A DNA stretch of 64,000 bases from Podarcis bocagei (lineage: Eukaryota), in assembly GCA_964188305.1 (NCBI GenBank), contig OZ076897.1. One strand, written 5' to 3'. Below are positions 52,450 to 64,000 of the stretch, piece by piece; positions within the stretch are counted from its first letter, which is position 1, and each line of letters opens with the position of its first letter. The notes beneath the pieces were generated by a model. It did not search any database and was not told where the DNA came from. It saw only the letters and a program-made list of their open reading frames with translations. Both the position numbers and the translations under genes were made by a program.

Positions 52450-54850
52450 GTTTCTTAACACTTTCAGATATGTGGTGAAGGGCCATGTTGTAGGTGGGTT
52501 CTGCAAACAGTGAGAGAAAGTTATTCCCCCTTCAAGCATGCCTAGAGACCATTCCCTTATCTTCCCTTGCTCAGGCAACCGAAGAAAAATGCAACACTAT
52601 TCCAATGCTATCCAATACTTTCTGGAAAGAAGAGTAATAGACTCCGAGCTAGTGCCAGAGGGATCATTACTTCTTTAAGGTGAATTATGTTTTTGTCAGT
52701 ATATTGAAGAAATCAGAAGACCTCAGAAAGGTCGTAATCTCCACACTTTGGCATTGAGATGGGTTGCACTATTTCTGCACGCCTGTGATGTTAAGATTTC
52801 CTCACATGAATAAATTTTATGGAGGACTAACTAACTGTCTCGTTGACTTTGCAATTGTTCCTTCTGCACTTCAGTGCCAGTTGTTCTGTCTTCAGCTCCT
52901 TCTTCCTGTCCTTGGTCCTAGTTATCAATAAGACTTACCTGAAGATGGTAGAGTACAAGTTTTATTCCTTTTTGTAAGACTACCTGATTGTGTCTTTAAC
53001 ATGTGCAGACAACTGTACAGAAGCCCTAGAGGCATATGTTTTTGATCACTCTTTCTGGAAGCCAATTGTTTTTCTTTTCTTTTTAGAGGGGGAAAAATCT
53101 GTTATCTCTGGTAAAAGGAGATTTAACTCTTAGCCAGACTGTTGGAAATGATGGGTTTTCATTTCAGCTGACTTTCTTGGGCCTATCGACATGTCTGAGC
53201 TCTTCAGACATTCCTGCTAATCTTCAAGATCAAATTGCATCAAGATTGAACCCACATATCTGAATACCCAGGAACTCAAAACTCAGTATCCCAGTGGACT
53301 ATGGTGGAAAGGTGTACATATCAAAGACTTACTCATAGTATATTCAGATGTAACCATTGCCAGCCTACCTATGTGGGAAGCTCACTTCAAATAATTCTTC
53401 ATCTAAGAGCTGTGGTCACACCGTAAGACATCTTGTAGCATCAGCTTCCTAAAGTTCTGAGTGGTCTGTCTGACTCTCAGAACCTTTGCTCTCATGTTGG
53501 ACAGAACAAATGTGTCTTTCCAAATCAACAAATACCTCTGGATGCGAATGGGATTTTTGCACATGTGAAAAAGCTTATTGGAACCTGTGTCCTACCTATG
53601 GAAAGTCCTTGAATTCCTTCTGTTGAGTGAAGCGGGACTCCTCCAACAGCCAGGTGTCTGAGAGGCATCTACAATGCTTGGATGGTAGTTGAGCAGGCAG
53701 CAAATAGACCAGTTGGAACGATCTCTAACTCTGGAGGTTCCTTCTGATCAGTTATGTTTGGGTTCCAGTTGTTGATTTGCATGTCTGCTGAAGAAGCAAA
53801 CTAGGGACCAAATGTGGGTGCAGACATGAATGATGAAAAAGTAGACGATGCCTTTCAAATGTATTCTTAGTCCGTTTGCTTTCTGTAATCCCTATGACAG
53901 TTAGAACGATTAGATGCTACTTTGGTTATTTCTAGGTGGCCAAGACATTCTTGGTGGCTCTTGATGGAGGTTCTGTGAACACTTCCTGCAGAGGTGCACC
54001 AGCTGTGCAAGGAAGGGCTTTTCTCAGCCCCAGCTATTATCCTTCCACCTTGAAGATGGAAAGGCAGGCCTTCAAGCCTTACTAACTATCAGGATGTCAC
54101 CCAATGTGACTTCCATACTTATGGCATCATTTAAGTTGTAAATTATCCTAGCATATAACACTTGGAAAGCCCTTGTTAACTGAACTGTTCAGAATTGTCT
54201 GCTGTTATCTTAGTGAGGGATATAGTTCTGTTTGCAAGATGACTGGATTATGGTCTTCAATCAGATACACTGAGCTTCAGTGTAATGCAGATTCTCACCA
54301 TATTTAGTGAGTTCCTCAAGTAACATATGTATTCTGAGGGTGCAAACTGCCCACTGTAAGTGCATAGTAGTGTTAGAACTTAATGCTGTTGCCTATTCAG
54401 AACGCAAGGTTTTTTAACACATAAGAATATTGGATAATTCTTATCTGGTGCAAATGTGCTAAAATTTTGAGGGGGGTAGGAAGTAATATCCTTATCTTGC
54501 TCAGTTAAAAGGACATTTCTGTCTCCAAAGAGATCCCAGCTGCTTTCAACATTCCCTGAAAAAGCAAGTGTTATGTCATGGGGTTTGTATCTAAGGGTTT
54601 GGAAGAAAGGAAATCTGAAAAATGATTAGCTCATGAAAAAAAGCTGTTTGAATGGAGCAGTGTGCATAAACAATATTAGCCAGGAACACAGCAGGTCACT
54701 TTCTAGGACCCTGAACAGAAGAACACGTTATTTCTAGTGGCAGAAAACAGATGGGATGCATTAGTTCCAACGTCTGTTATAAAAGGTTATGAGTTCCTGT
54801 GGAAAGGGGAACTGAAAAATGAACACCAGTGGCTTTCTGGGACCCCAAAG
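52450..54850 (+). mobile_element. Decayed DIRS-like tyrosine-recombinase retrotransposon
   Basis: Colinear frameshifted peptide relics: RWVLQTVRESY (52492), KKSEDLR (~52706), LEAY (~53026), LSRQQIDQLE (53689), VPVVDL (~53762), LVISRWPRHSW (53922), LQDxLDYGLQSDTL (54232). Boundaries are approximate. Confidence 0.65.
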
Positions 54851-57752
54851 AAAGCTATAGCCCTAACTTCCACTTTAGTATAATCTGCTCTACATAAATC
54901 AGTGTTTCAGTTTGCCATAACCTCTTGTGGGCAGCTAGCTACTTGAAATACAGCAAAATTAACTTCCTAGCAGTTTTTTGGTTGTTAGGAGCACAAAGAC
55001 ATTGTTTCCAGCAGATAGCAACAGAAATAACTAAAGCTAGAGTGGTATTTCAGTGTAACTTCGTGTATCAATCCTGGGCTGTTTTTTCCTCCTCCGATAA
55101 CAGCACACCAACCAGAATACATTTATCATTTAAGGCTGTATCTCAAGAGTGTGGAGACTTTTTCAGCCTGAGGGTCAGGTCACATTATCTTACGGAAAAC
55201 CTTCTGGATGTTGCATTCCAGTACTGGGTGGGGCAAGAGGGAATACTGGGTGGAGCAGTAGATGCAACTCTTACTAGAGATATATTTTTTTTGGAAATTC
55301 TGAACCCACAGGAGAATATTTTTAGGGGTGTGGAAATTTGTGGACAACTGAAAAAAAAAATCTACTTTTTAAAGCCGCTTTTACAGATCAAATGTCACTT
55401 TGTTGCTTTAGGAACATAACATGTATTTTGTATAATATGGTTTGCCATTAGATTATCATGTTTGATATATTAAAATACAATTTATTTGGTCCATTACAAA
55501 TTGAATTTACATTTTTAATTCATTTCATTTTATTTCTTTTTACAAGTGGAGCTCCAAGCTGCTGAACTGTAAGGAGTCTAGCATCCCTTTCATTTTGTCA
55601 GTTTATGAGAATGGAAAAAACAATAAAAACAGGAGAAACCATTATGATTATAGTAAAAATAAGAAAACTATATATTTGACTCAGTCCTACTCAGAGTAGA
55701 CCCATTAAAATTGAGGGACCTATGTTAGTCATGTCTCTTAACTTCCAGTAGGTCTATCTAAGTAGGACTAGCATTGAATACCACTCTGTCTCCTTCTGTT
55801 CTCCATAGTGCCAAGCAGACGTAATGCACTCATTGCCATAAAAAGAGCTGTGAGGGGGGTGGGGAGGGGGCAGAGAGAAGGCAGAGCCAAGACTCAATGA
55901 ATACTTCATGAAATTTAATCAATCTCATTTTCTGAGCTATCTCAATCCATTTATGCTTCTTCATATTTGTCATCATATTTATTATGGACTTCTAAATATC
56001 AAAGGTTTGCCTGGATAGAAACAAATTTATCTACCCTGTCACATGACATAGCCCAACATCTTTCAATTTTCCCATTTTGGGAGAGGGAAAAGGGCTTCGG
56101 GGTGGGGGTGGGGAAACAGCACTAAATGTTGTACACGTGATTGGCACTTGTGTGTTTGGTTTTCCTGTGTTAAATATTGCTAAGGGAGACCTGATTGGCA
56201 CTTTGATGTGGGGATAAGTGTGTGTGGGGATTTAATTCATTGCTCCTGTCATGGTTCCAATACAGGTAGGACTTGCCCAGTGGTTACCATTTGCCTTCAG
56301 AGGAAAGCTGCCGTTGGGTGTAAAGATTTTGAAAGACAACGAAGTAAACGAGGGGCAGTCACGTGTCTAGTTTGACCTTGAGAGTATATTATCCTTGTCC
56401 CTTGTGCACACAGTCTCTCTTGCGGAATTTGGTGTGTGTGTCATAACATTTTTGCATGCCGGAATAGGTTGATTCAGACTTTTGGCAAGGGGTGTTTGTT
56501 GCATATATTCCAGCGCGTAGTATGTATGCTGTAAACACCACAATTCATTTCTGTTTTGTGGATATTTATAAATAGTTCTGGAGCAGGTTCCAGAGAGCTG
56601 CAGACAATCAAATATTTCTCCGTTCGTGGCCCCAAATGTTTGCAAACCTGTTTCAGCTTTACGTAATATTTGCTGTTCGCAGCATTGCCATGTAAAACAT
56701 GATCTATTACCTCATGCATGGTTTGAAGCAACTGAGTATACACGGAATAGGTAGAGCTGAGCCTTATAACATTGTATGAAGATTAGATAAATTGTATATG
56801 TGATATTTCTAACAGGTACTTTGTGTACCTCTGTGATATTTTTTCCTTCTTCATGTTTGGACGTTAACACAGATATAGAGTGTGTGTGAAGATTGGGACC
56901 TAATTTCTTGTGGAAGGCTGCAATTACGCTTTGAACATTCCTGCTATTCTGCTGCTTTTCATATTGGGAAATTGGTGTATCAAACTGTCTGGGAATTCTC
57001 TGTATAAAGTAATCCAGGACAGAATATGGGCAGCTCTTGAATAGCAAAGTAATTTTCAAGCTGAGCTATTTATGCAATGAAACAGTAGCAGACATGGTTA
57101 AATTGTTTTCTTTGGCAAGCACAAATTGGTGACTCTCTTGGGAACCACAGAGAACCTGAAATTAGGCAGGCTCTTATCTGGGTCAAGAATCCTTGGAAAT
57201 TGAAAAGAAAAAACTGTCAGAAAAAAAACCCTACTGGTCTATGAAATACTATCAAAAGCTACTGAAAGAAAGCTAAAAATATATGCTGCTTTATGCTGAA
57301 ATACCATTCTAGGATACCACACAGGAAGATATAAAAGTAATAGTGTCAGGTCTTAGATGTAAGCAACAAGAAAAGAAGCAAAAAATTCATTCTTTCTTAT
57401 GGAAAGGTGTGAAGAGAAACCATTATAGTTTAATTATCTGCATATTTTCTTCCCAATTTCAGGCATATAGGCCCGTTAATTTCAATGTCAATTAAGAACT
57501 AGGTACAATCGAAAAGTGTTTTGTTTCTACTTTTGCAAAATCATTATTTATATTAGTTGTTTACAGCTCTTTGAAAATATGTAATCTTATCTTTATATGC
57601 TGTGATGTGCTAAGGAATGTGTTAGATACTTACATTGTGCTTAAATAATAGAAAATACATGTAACATATGAAATGTTCTTTTTTATAGTTGAAATTATTC
57701 TATTTGTATTGTCAGAAGGCATTAAGAATAAAATGTAATTAACTTTTTATAG

Positions 57753-57862
57753 GTTGGGCTCATGTGGTTTGTGCTCTGTACATTCCCGAGGTGCAATTTG
57801 CAAATGTTTCTACAATGGAACCTATCGTGTTGCAGTCTGTTCCTCATGATCGCTATAATAAG
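57753..57862 (+). CDS. MLLT10: MLLT10 fourth coding exon, 110 nt
   Basis: ttttatag|GTTGG ... AATAAG|gtataa; (G)WAHVVCALYIPEVQFANVSTMEPIVLQSVPHDRYNK. Confidence 0.97.
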
Positions 57863-58220
57863 GTATAATTCTACTATGACTTATTTTCTTGATATAATTT
57901 CGTATTTGAAAAATATGCTATATATTTCACATCTCATTAAAAACAAACAAGCATATTTTGCTTTGAAGGGCTTGTATTTCCTTAAAGAACATTTTGTATG
58001 AAAGAAAATGAGTAAAATTATTTACGTCTTACTGAAGTTTATAGCATGAGGTAATATCTACTTAGATATCTAATGTTTTTCATCATCAACTGATCAAATA
58101 GGTTTATGACATTTCCTGTTTTATTAGTAATCACTATATTTAGCAGCAGATTACTGTTGATCAGTTCCTTGATACGGTTCTTATTAAAAGCTAATTGAGA
58201 GTAGAATTGAATTTTTCAAC

Positions 58221-58254
<34 letters not shown>
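58221..58254. repeat. (TGT)11 microsatellite
   Basis: Read directly from the sequence. Confidence 0.95.
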
Positions 58255-58472
58255 CTCTCCCTTTCTTCTTATAGAACAATGTTCACAGTTCTCATTCTCT
58301 TGCTTTAGGGAAGCATCTGTAGTTAAACATTGTTTTGCCATTGAGAAAGTGAATGAAATATCAGCAGGAGCTCCCCACCCACTCATGTTCTTTACACATA
58401 ATAGACCAGTGTAGAAATTCAGTTGGAACGTGTGTGGTGAGATTTAGATTATGCTGACTCACAAGTTAAGTA

Positions 58473-58947
58473 CAGGCGACTCCCCACTTATGTGGAGGTT
58501 ACATTCTGGTCCCCCGCACACATAATTGAAATTGGCTAAAGAAGGGAGCACCCTCTAAAAAACCCTTTAAATGCCCTTTCTGTAGCTCTCTCTTCAAACC
58601 ATACCAAAATTACTGTATCCAAAAATATCTACAGCTATAATTGAAGTTCTGGGGCTGGCAGGAGGCTGGAGGACGAAAGTAGCAGCTGCTGCTGTGCTAC
58701 CCCGCACATGCAGCTGTTAGGTGGGTAGGCTGAGCAGTGTAAACAAAGCCCCACTATGCCTCTTCAGGGTCTCCTCTGCCCTCACTGACGTCCTTTTCAT
58801 GCTCCCGGGAGGTTCTCCTTGTGAGCCATGAGGACACTCCAACTCTCTTGCCATTTCCAGGTGAATTGAATTATTTAATTATTTTCTGGTGCTGCGTGTA
58901 TATGAGGTTACACAGCAGTCAATCATATGTAAGTGGGGGGACACCTG
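58473..58947. mobile_element. Older Tc1/mariner-type non-autonomous element
   Basis: TA|CAGGCGACTCCCCACTTATGT ... ATGTAAGTGGGGGGACACCTG|TA; the TIRs match 16/21. Confidence 0.72.
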
Positions 58948-59480
58948 TATTATTGGAGTTGTACATGCATAGAGCCCAGTAGACAAAACCAGAGTGTACA
59001 GATTAGGGGATTCAGGTCCTCGTGTGTAAACCGCTTAGAGGTTTTATTACAGTCAAGCAGTATATACGTTTTGGTAACCTACATACGGCTTAAAAATGGA
59101 TACATATATGATACCCAGCATGCAATATCATTGAGATCTTGGAGCAGGGGGGAAGGGTGAACCCTGCCATGTGTTTTCTTGAACGTTGGCTGGGGATTAA
59201 TACAGCGTTCATTGAAGATGTGCCATAGTCATCTGTATGTACTCTAACTCTTTATCCAGCCTCCCATTTTCAATTGGGGGACCAATGTATGGGGTTTGGG
59301 ACAGATAGATGGAGTAGGGACGTTGTTAGATGCACAGTATGGGGAGGACTTCCAGAAATCTGAGTCCTGTTCCCTCTGTTACCATTCACCAGTTAACCCG
59401 ATCTGCTGTTTTGTCTAATTTTATTTTTTAACTTAACTTATAGTTATTTTTAACTTTGTCAGATGTCAAGCACAGTATTA

Positions 59481-59849
59481 AAGGTAAAAGTAAAGGTACC
59501 TCTGCCCGTACGGGCCAGTCGTGACCAACTCTAGGGTTGTGCACCCATCTCACTTAAGAGGCCGGGGGCCAGCGCTGTCCGGAGACACTTCCGGGTCACG
59601 TGGCCAGCGTGACGAAGCTGCTCTGGCGAGCCGGCACCAGCGCAGCACATGAAAATGCCGTTTACCTTCCCGCTATAAAGCGGTACCTATTTATCTACTT
59701 GCACTTAGGGGTGCTTTCGAACTGCTAGTAGGGCAGGAGCTGGGACCGAAAGACGGGAGCTCACCCCGCCGCGGGGATTCGAACCGCCGACCATACAATC
59801 GGCAAGCCCTAGGCACTGAGGTTTTATCCACAGCGCCACCCGCGTCCCT
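59481..59849 (-). mobile_element. Sauria SINE, full length, second subfamily
   Basis: 5' end GGGACGCGGGTGGCGCTGTGG, B-box GGTTCGAATCC, ACCTTT-type tail. The 13-bp TSD AAGCACAGTATTA is at 59468-59480 and 59850-59862. CpGs are largely intact, suggesting a young copy. Confidence 0.94.
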
Positions 59850-61586
59850 AAGCACAGTATTACAAAGCTACAATTAAGGCTACAGAAAATGTCATCCCAC
59901 ATAGGCCAGTTTAAAGAACTAATTTATGATACTAGTTTCATAAACTGGGCATTAGGGATGCAATTCAGCTTTCTATTTCTTGAACGGCAGAACTACAGGC
60001 TGTACGGAAAAACATTTTTGAAACTGAAGGGGGTTTCAAAATTAGTTTGATATCAAGAGTTTGTTATACATAGAAAAGCCAGTTTAGTTGAGTTAGTGCA
60101 AGTTAACTTGCATTATCAGACTTTTACTATCTTTTCTAGACATCGTTTTGTTTCTGTGGTTTCTCAACAATTCACCACCATTTATTTTTTCAGTGACTAC
60201 ATTTCATTACATTTTTTTCATTCTCATTCATAAAAAAATATTGTGGTACATTCTGTCTGCATATCATATCTTTGCTGTAAGTGTGTTTTAGTCATGAAAT
60301 ACATTAAAACCATGTTGTTGTTGTTGTTTCAAAAATCCTAAAGTCCTTGCTCCTCACAATTTGCCCAACGTGTAGCTGGTGTTTTATAACATGTTCACCC
60401 TAATCCAGTGACAGTGATTCTTCAATAGAAGAATTAGTTGCTCTGTGTGTGGTTGTAATGTTCAGGTAGTTGGCACTGGAACTTGATGTTGTAAAAGCAG
60501 AACATGTGATCAATAAGATCTAGTTGGGCATGTTTAGTCTACTACACATCCCTGGATTGGGTTGATGCAGTTGAACAAGAGATCATAAAGACACATGATT
60601 TTATCATATTTGTAGAAAACCATTTTGCAATGTGAACTGATATTTGAAAAACAGTTGTCTATGTGTTTGACTAAGGCCTACTCAGAGTAGATCCATTAAT
60701 ATGTATATTTTAAGGGCATTTTATAAAACTGATTCATATTGTATGAAAATTTGGAAAGGATATGCTTATATATATTTATATGCAACTGTGTTGTTCCCCT
60801 TAATGTGTGAGAGACTCACTTTTTCTCCATGTGTATGCTCTGTAGCAGATTTACAGATATGTCACACATCCATTTTGTAACCATACCTATGTCATATACG
60901 TATGTTTACAAAATGGATATATGATATTTCTGTAGTTAACAGGTATATATTGCTAACTTGGATAATGTGTGAAGGGACCCTTTGAGTCCTGTTTTTGTTT
61001 TTGGTGCAGCTTCAGGCTTTGCTAGTGGGCATTTATTGGTGAATACTTAATCATTGCTGAAAACATTAGGCTGCTCAGCACTGGGCCTGTAGAGAAGAAA
61101 CGTGGTGGGACTTGTGTGCCCTCTTTCACATCTAAAACAAAGATGAATGTCAGATACATATGGGCAAATATCTTCATGAGATTTCTGTAGTAAACTTGTC
61201 GGGTAGAATACAGACTCTTACATGAAGAAAGTTGTTAGATGGATTTGTGTTTACTAATAAGATAGAGATGAGTGTATGAGCATTATATGATGTAAGGTAG
61301 AACAGGAGCCTGTCATTGGAGGGAGCAAATAATAGTTGGTTATGGATTAGAATAAGAGTTCCAAATGTTTTTGAGAGAACTGGATAGACTGTAATAAGCC
61401 AGTATCAAAGTTCATTATCTTGTGGAAAGTGACTGGTTACATTAAACATTTCATGTCATGAAATTGTAATGAGATGATTAAATGAGATTGTATGTTGCTA
61501 AGGGCACCAGTATTTGAACAATGCTTTCAAAGAATCTATTAATACATTTGTAAGCAGCCTTTGAAAGTTCCACCCTACAGTCAATA

Positions 61587-61828
61587 CAGTTGTACCTTGG
61601 TAGTCGAATGCCTTAGTTGTCGAACAAATCGGCTCCCAGACATCGCAAACCCAGAAGTGAGTGTTCTGGTTTGCATACGTTTTTGGGAAGCTGAATGTCC
61701 AGTGTGGCTTCCGATTGGCTACAGGAAGCTCCTGCAGCCAATCGGAAGCGGTGCCTTGGTTTTTGAACCGTTTCGGGAGTTGAATGGGCTCCCAGAACAG
61801 ATTAAATTTGAGAACCAAGGTACGACTG
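61587..61828. mobile_element. Tc1/mariner (Tigger/pogo-like) MITE
   Basis: TA TSD; TIRs CAGTTGTACCTTGGT and ACCAAGGTACGACTG match 14/15; internal palindrome at 61707-61749. Confidence 0.88.
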
Positions 61829-63610
61829 TACAGGAGTACCACAAGTAAGACACCAACTCGTTTCAGCAGACAACCCTTGCTGTCCCCAAACATGAAGCTT
61901 GTTGAGTTTTCAGTTGAAGAGCTAGAGGCATTGCAAGAGTTAAAATATTTGTTTGGATTAGAATTGTACTGTATTTAATAAGTACTAGGAATGCCCAGCT
62001 ATGCATCCTGTGAGACTGAGATTATTTTAAGAATATATCAATTTTCTGTGAATATTAGAAATCTTGTTTGAAAATGAGGTTTATTGTGAATCTCCATGCT
62101 GGTAAAGGAATTACTGAATCTGCCTAGAAGAGTTCATTTTTATGAAATCCTCTGGCAGCCATGAAACAGCCCCCATTATAGCTTTGTGATTGCTGATATG
62201 CATTTCTGGGTTTCAGTTCTGCAGGGTAGCCATTGATAGAAAACAGTTAATGCCAGTAGCCCAAGGAAAATTGAGATAATCTTACTTCACAAGAATGTTG
62301 TCTTAGAAGTATTTTGTTAGACCTGCAAAAGCAACAGGTTTTATTGAAAAATATTAAAATGTTAGCTTTGCATATTTTAAATAGAACTCCTTTGTGTTTG
62401 TGCATCTGGGAATGTGTGTTGTATGCTGCTGGCCCCACTGGAGGTCTTCCACATTGCTACAGCGAATTTAATTAAAATAATCAGAAAATCTTAATGATAC
62501 AATGATCTGAAGAAATGTAAATTATAGGGCACTTATCATGTTGCAAAGTTATTCCAGGTTTCTTAGTACAGTACTGTTATTTACTGCATCTGAAGCCTGA
62601 TGTCAGTCATTGATTACCATACAGGGACACTTTCCCATAATGCCTTTCCTTGCCATTAACATGATATGAAGCCTCAGTAAACTCATTCTGAGTCTTCATA
62701 ACCAAGGAGCTTTATTTGCCAGAACCAACCTCAAGGGTAGTGTATTAATGTGAAGACATACCATATGATAAAGAAGTAAGTTTTATTCACCCAAGGGTGG
62801 TCTGTGCATGAGGCAAAGCGAAGCCATTTGCCTCGGGTGGATCTGATTCTCTCCCCCCCCTCCTCGCCCTCACTGTTGTACTGCTGCCAGCACATTCCAT
62901 GCTGTGGATCCAGTGCAGTTCCCCTTGCCACTGTGTCCTCGCCATTGCTGTGGTCTTGTGGTGGCAGCGCAGCCACAGCCACAGTTGTGGTGATGGGTTG
63001 GGCAGCAGTGACAGCAGAGGGAGGAAGGGGGTAGGGCACCAGATCTGCAGGGGGCAGGCATCAGGGGCGTAGGCAAAATGTCTTGGGCCAGCCCTGTATT
63101 TATCAATGCTATACATAATGCAGGGACTAAACTATGCTTTATTTCACCCTGGTCAGAAAATTAGCTTGATGCCCTCCTATGCACATTTGTGTACACACAT
63201 AGAGACTAGGAGCCACAATAGCATCCCTCTGGAGGCTTTGAAGCACGTGAACGTGATTACTGATAACTGATTATATGAATAGCCTAAGGGTAGCCCTTCT
63301 TCCTTGCCTCAGCTTCACCTGGGGCAAAAAACCTGGTTAGCGCCCCCCCCCCCCGTAGCTACAGCTCTGCATCTTGGTAGCATTGGAAACAGCTAATCAC
63401 ACAAAGTATTCTACATAACATACAGTCTGTTTTGGAATATTGGAGTGTGACTTCAATTAGCAGGTCTGAGAACCGAAGCACTGTTCAGTCTTGCCTTTGC
63501 TTTGTATTTGCTGTAGTTGCACAAAGGAGTATTACTCTTACTTTTGCTGCTGAGTTTGAGTCCATTTAAAGATAATAGTGTTCTTACAACTGTCTTATTT
63601 TCCCCACTAG

Positions 63611-63714
63611 ACATGTTATATATGTGATGAGCAAGGCAGAGAAAGTAAAGCAGCCACTGGCGCTTGCATGACTTGTAACAAGCATGGATGCCGCCAAGCT
63701 TTCCATGTAACATG
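63611..63714 (+). CDS. MLLT10: MLLT10 fifth coding exon, 104 nt, PHD2; gene continues beyond the window
   Basis: ccactag|ACATGT ... AACATG|gtaagt; TCYICDEQGRESKAATGACMTCNKHGCRQAFHVT(C). Confidence 0.97.
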
Positions 63715-64000
63715 GTAAGTAAGCAATTCCCACTTGCGTGCATTCCTGGTTTCCTCTCTCCAAGTTATATTGTTTTATTGCCCTGGTAGATGTGCTCCAT
63801 AGTGGCATGATTCCATTTTAAATAATCACTTGTTATAGCATGGTTGCAGTAAGTACATTTCACTTCACCATTATTTCTATAACTCATTGTACAATTTGTG
63901 CTGCGGTAGTGCAGAAAAAAGGCTTGATGTCCTTCCTACTCACAAACAGCAGTAACCTTAAGACATTTTTCTGATTAGATTTTCAAGTGCATGTTTACAC

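Noticed and set aside
62790-63370. GC-rich MITE-like remnants (also ~48260-48800 and ~55140-55270)
   Set aside because: They are probably old hAT-type fragments, but I could not confirm paired TIRs or TSDs.

Overview
This is vertebrate genomic DNA, most likely from a squamate and probably a lacertid lizard, judging from two Sauria-SINE copies. It covers the divergently oriented SKIDA1-MLLT10 locus. SKIDA1 is an uninterrupted 862-aa CDS on the minus strand (11320-13908). MLLT10 (AF10, the DOT1L cofactor) is on the plus strand, and its first five coding exons (37582-63714) encode most of the PZP domain; the gene continues past the window end. The left ~38 kb has several CpG islands, blocks dense in homeodomain motifs, microsatellites and four assembly gaps, but no intact transposon that I could recognise. 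The MLLT10 introns hold SINEs, MITEs, a LINE tail and a decayed DIRS element. I found no new protein-coding system. The best leads are regulatory: (1) an in-phase internal 5' splice site that would remove half of AF10 PHD1; (2) a uORF ending in an AUGA overlap on the AF17-like second start codon; (3) tandem SKIDA1 poly(A) signals bracketing four miR-130/301 seed sites; (4) HOX-PBX-MEIS motif blocks; (5) a ~130-bp segment duplicated between two introns. Comparisons with human proteins and repeat consensus sequences are from recall, not database searches.
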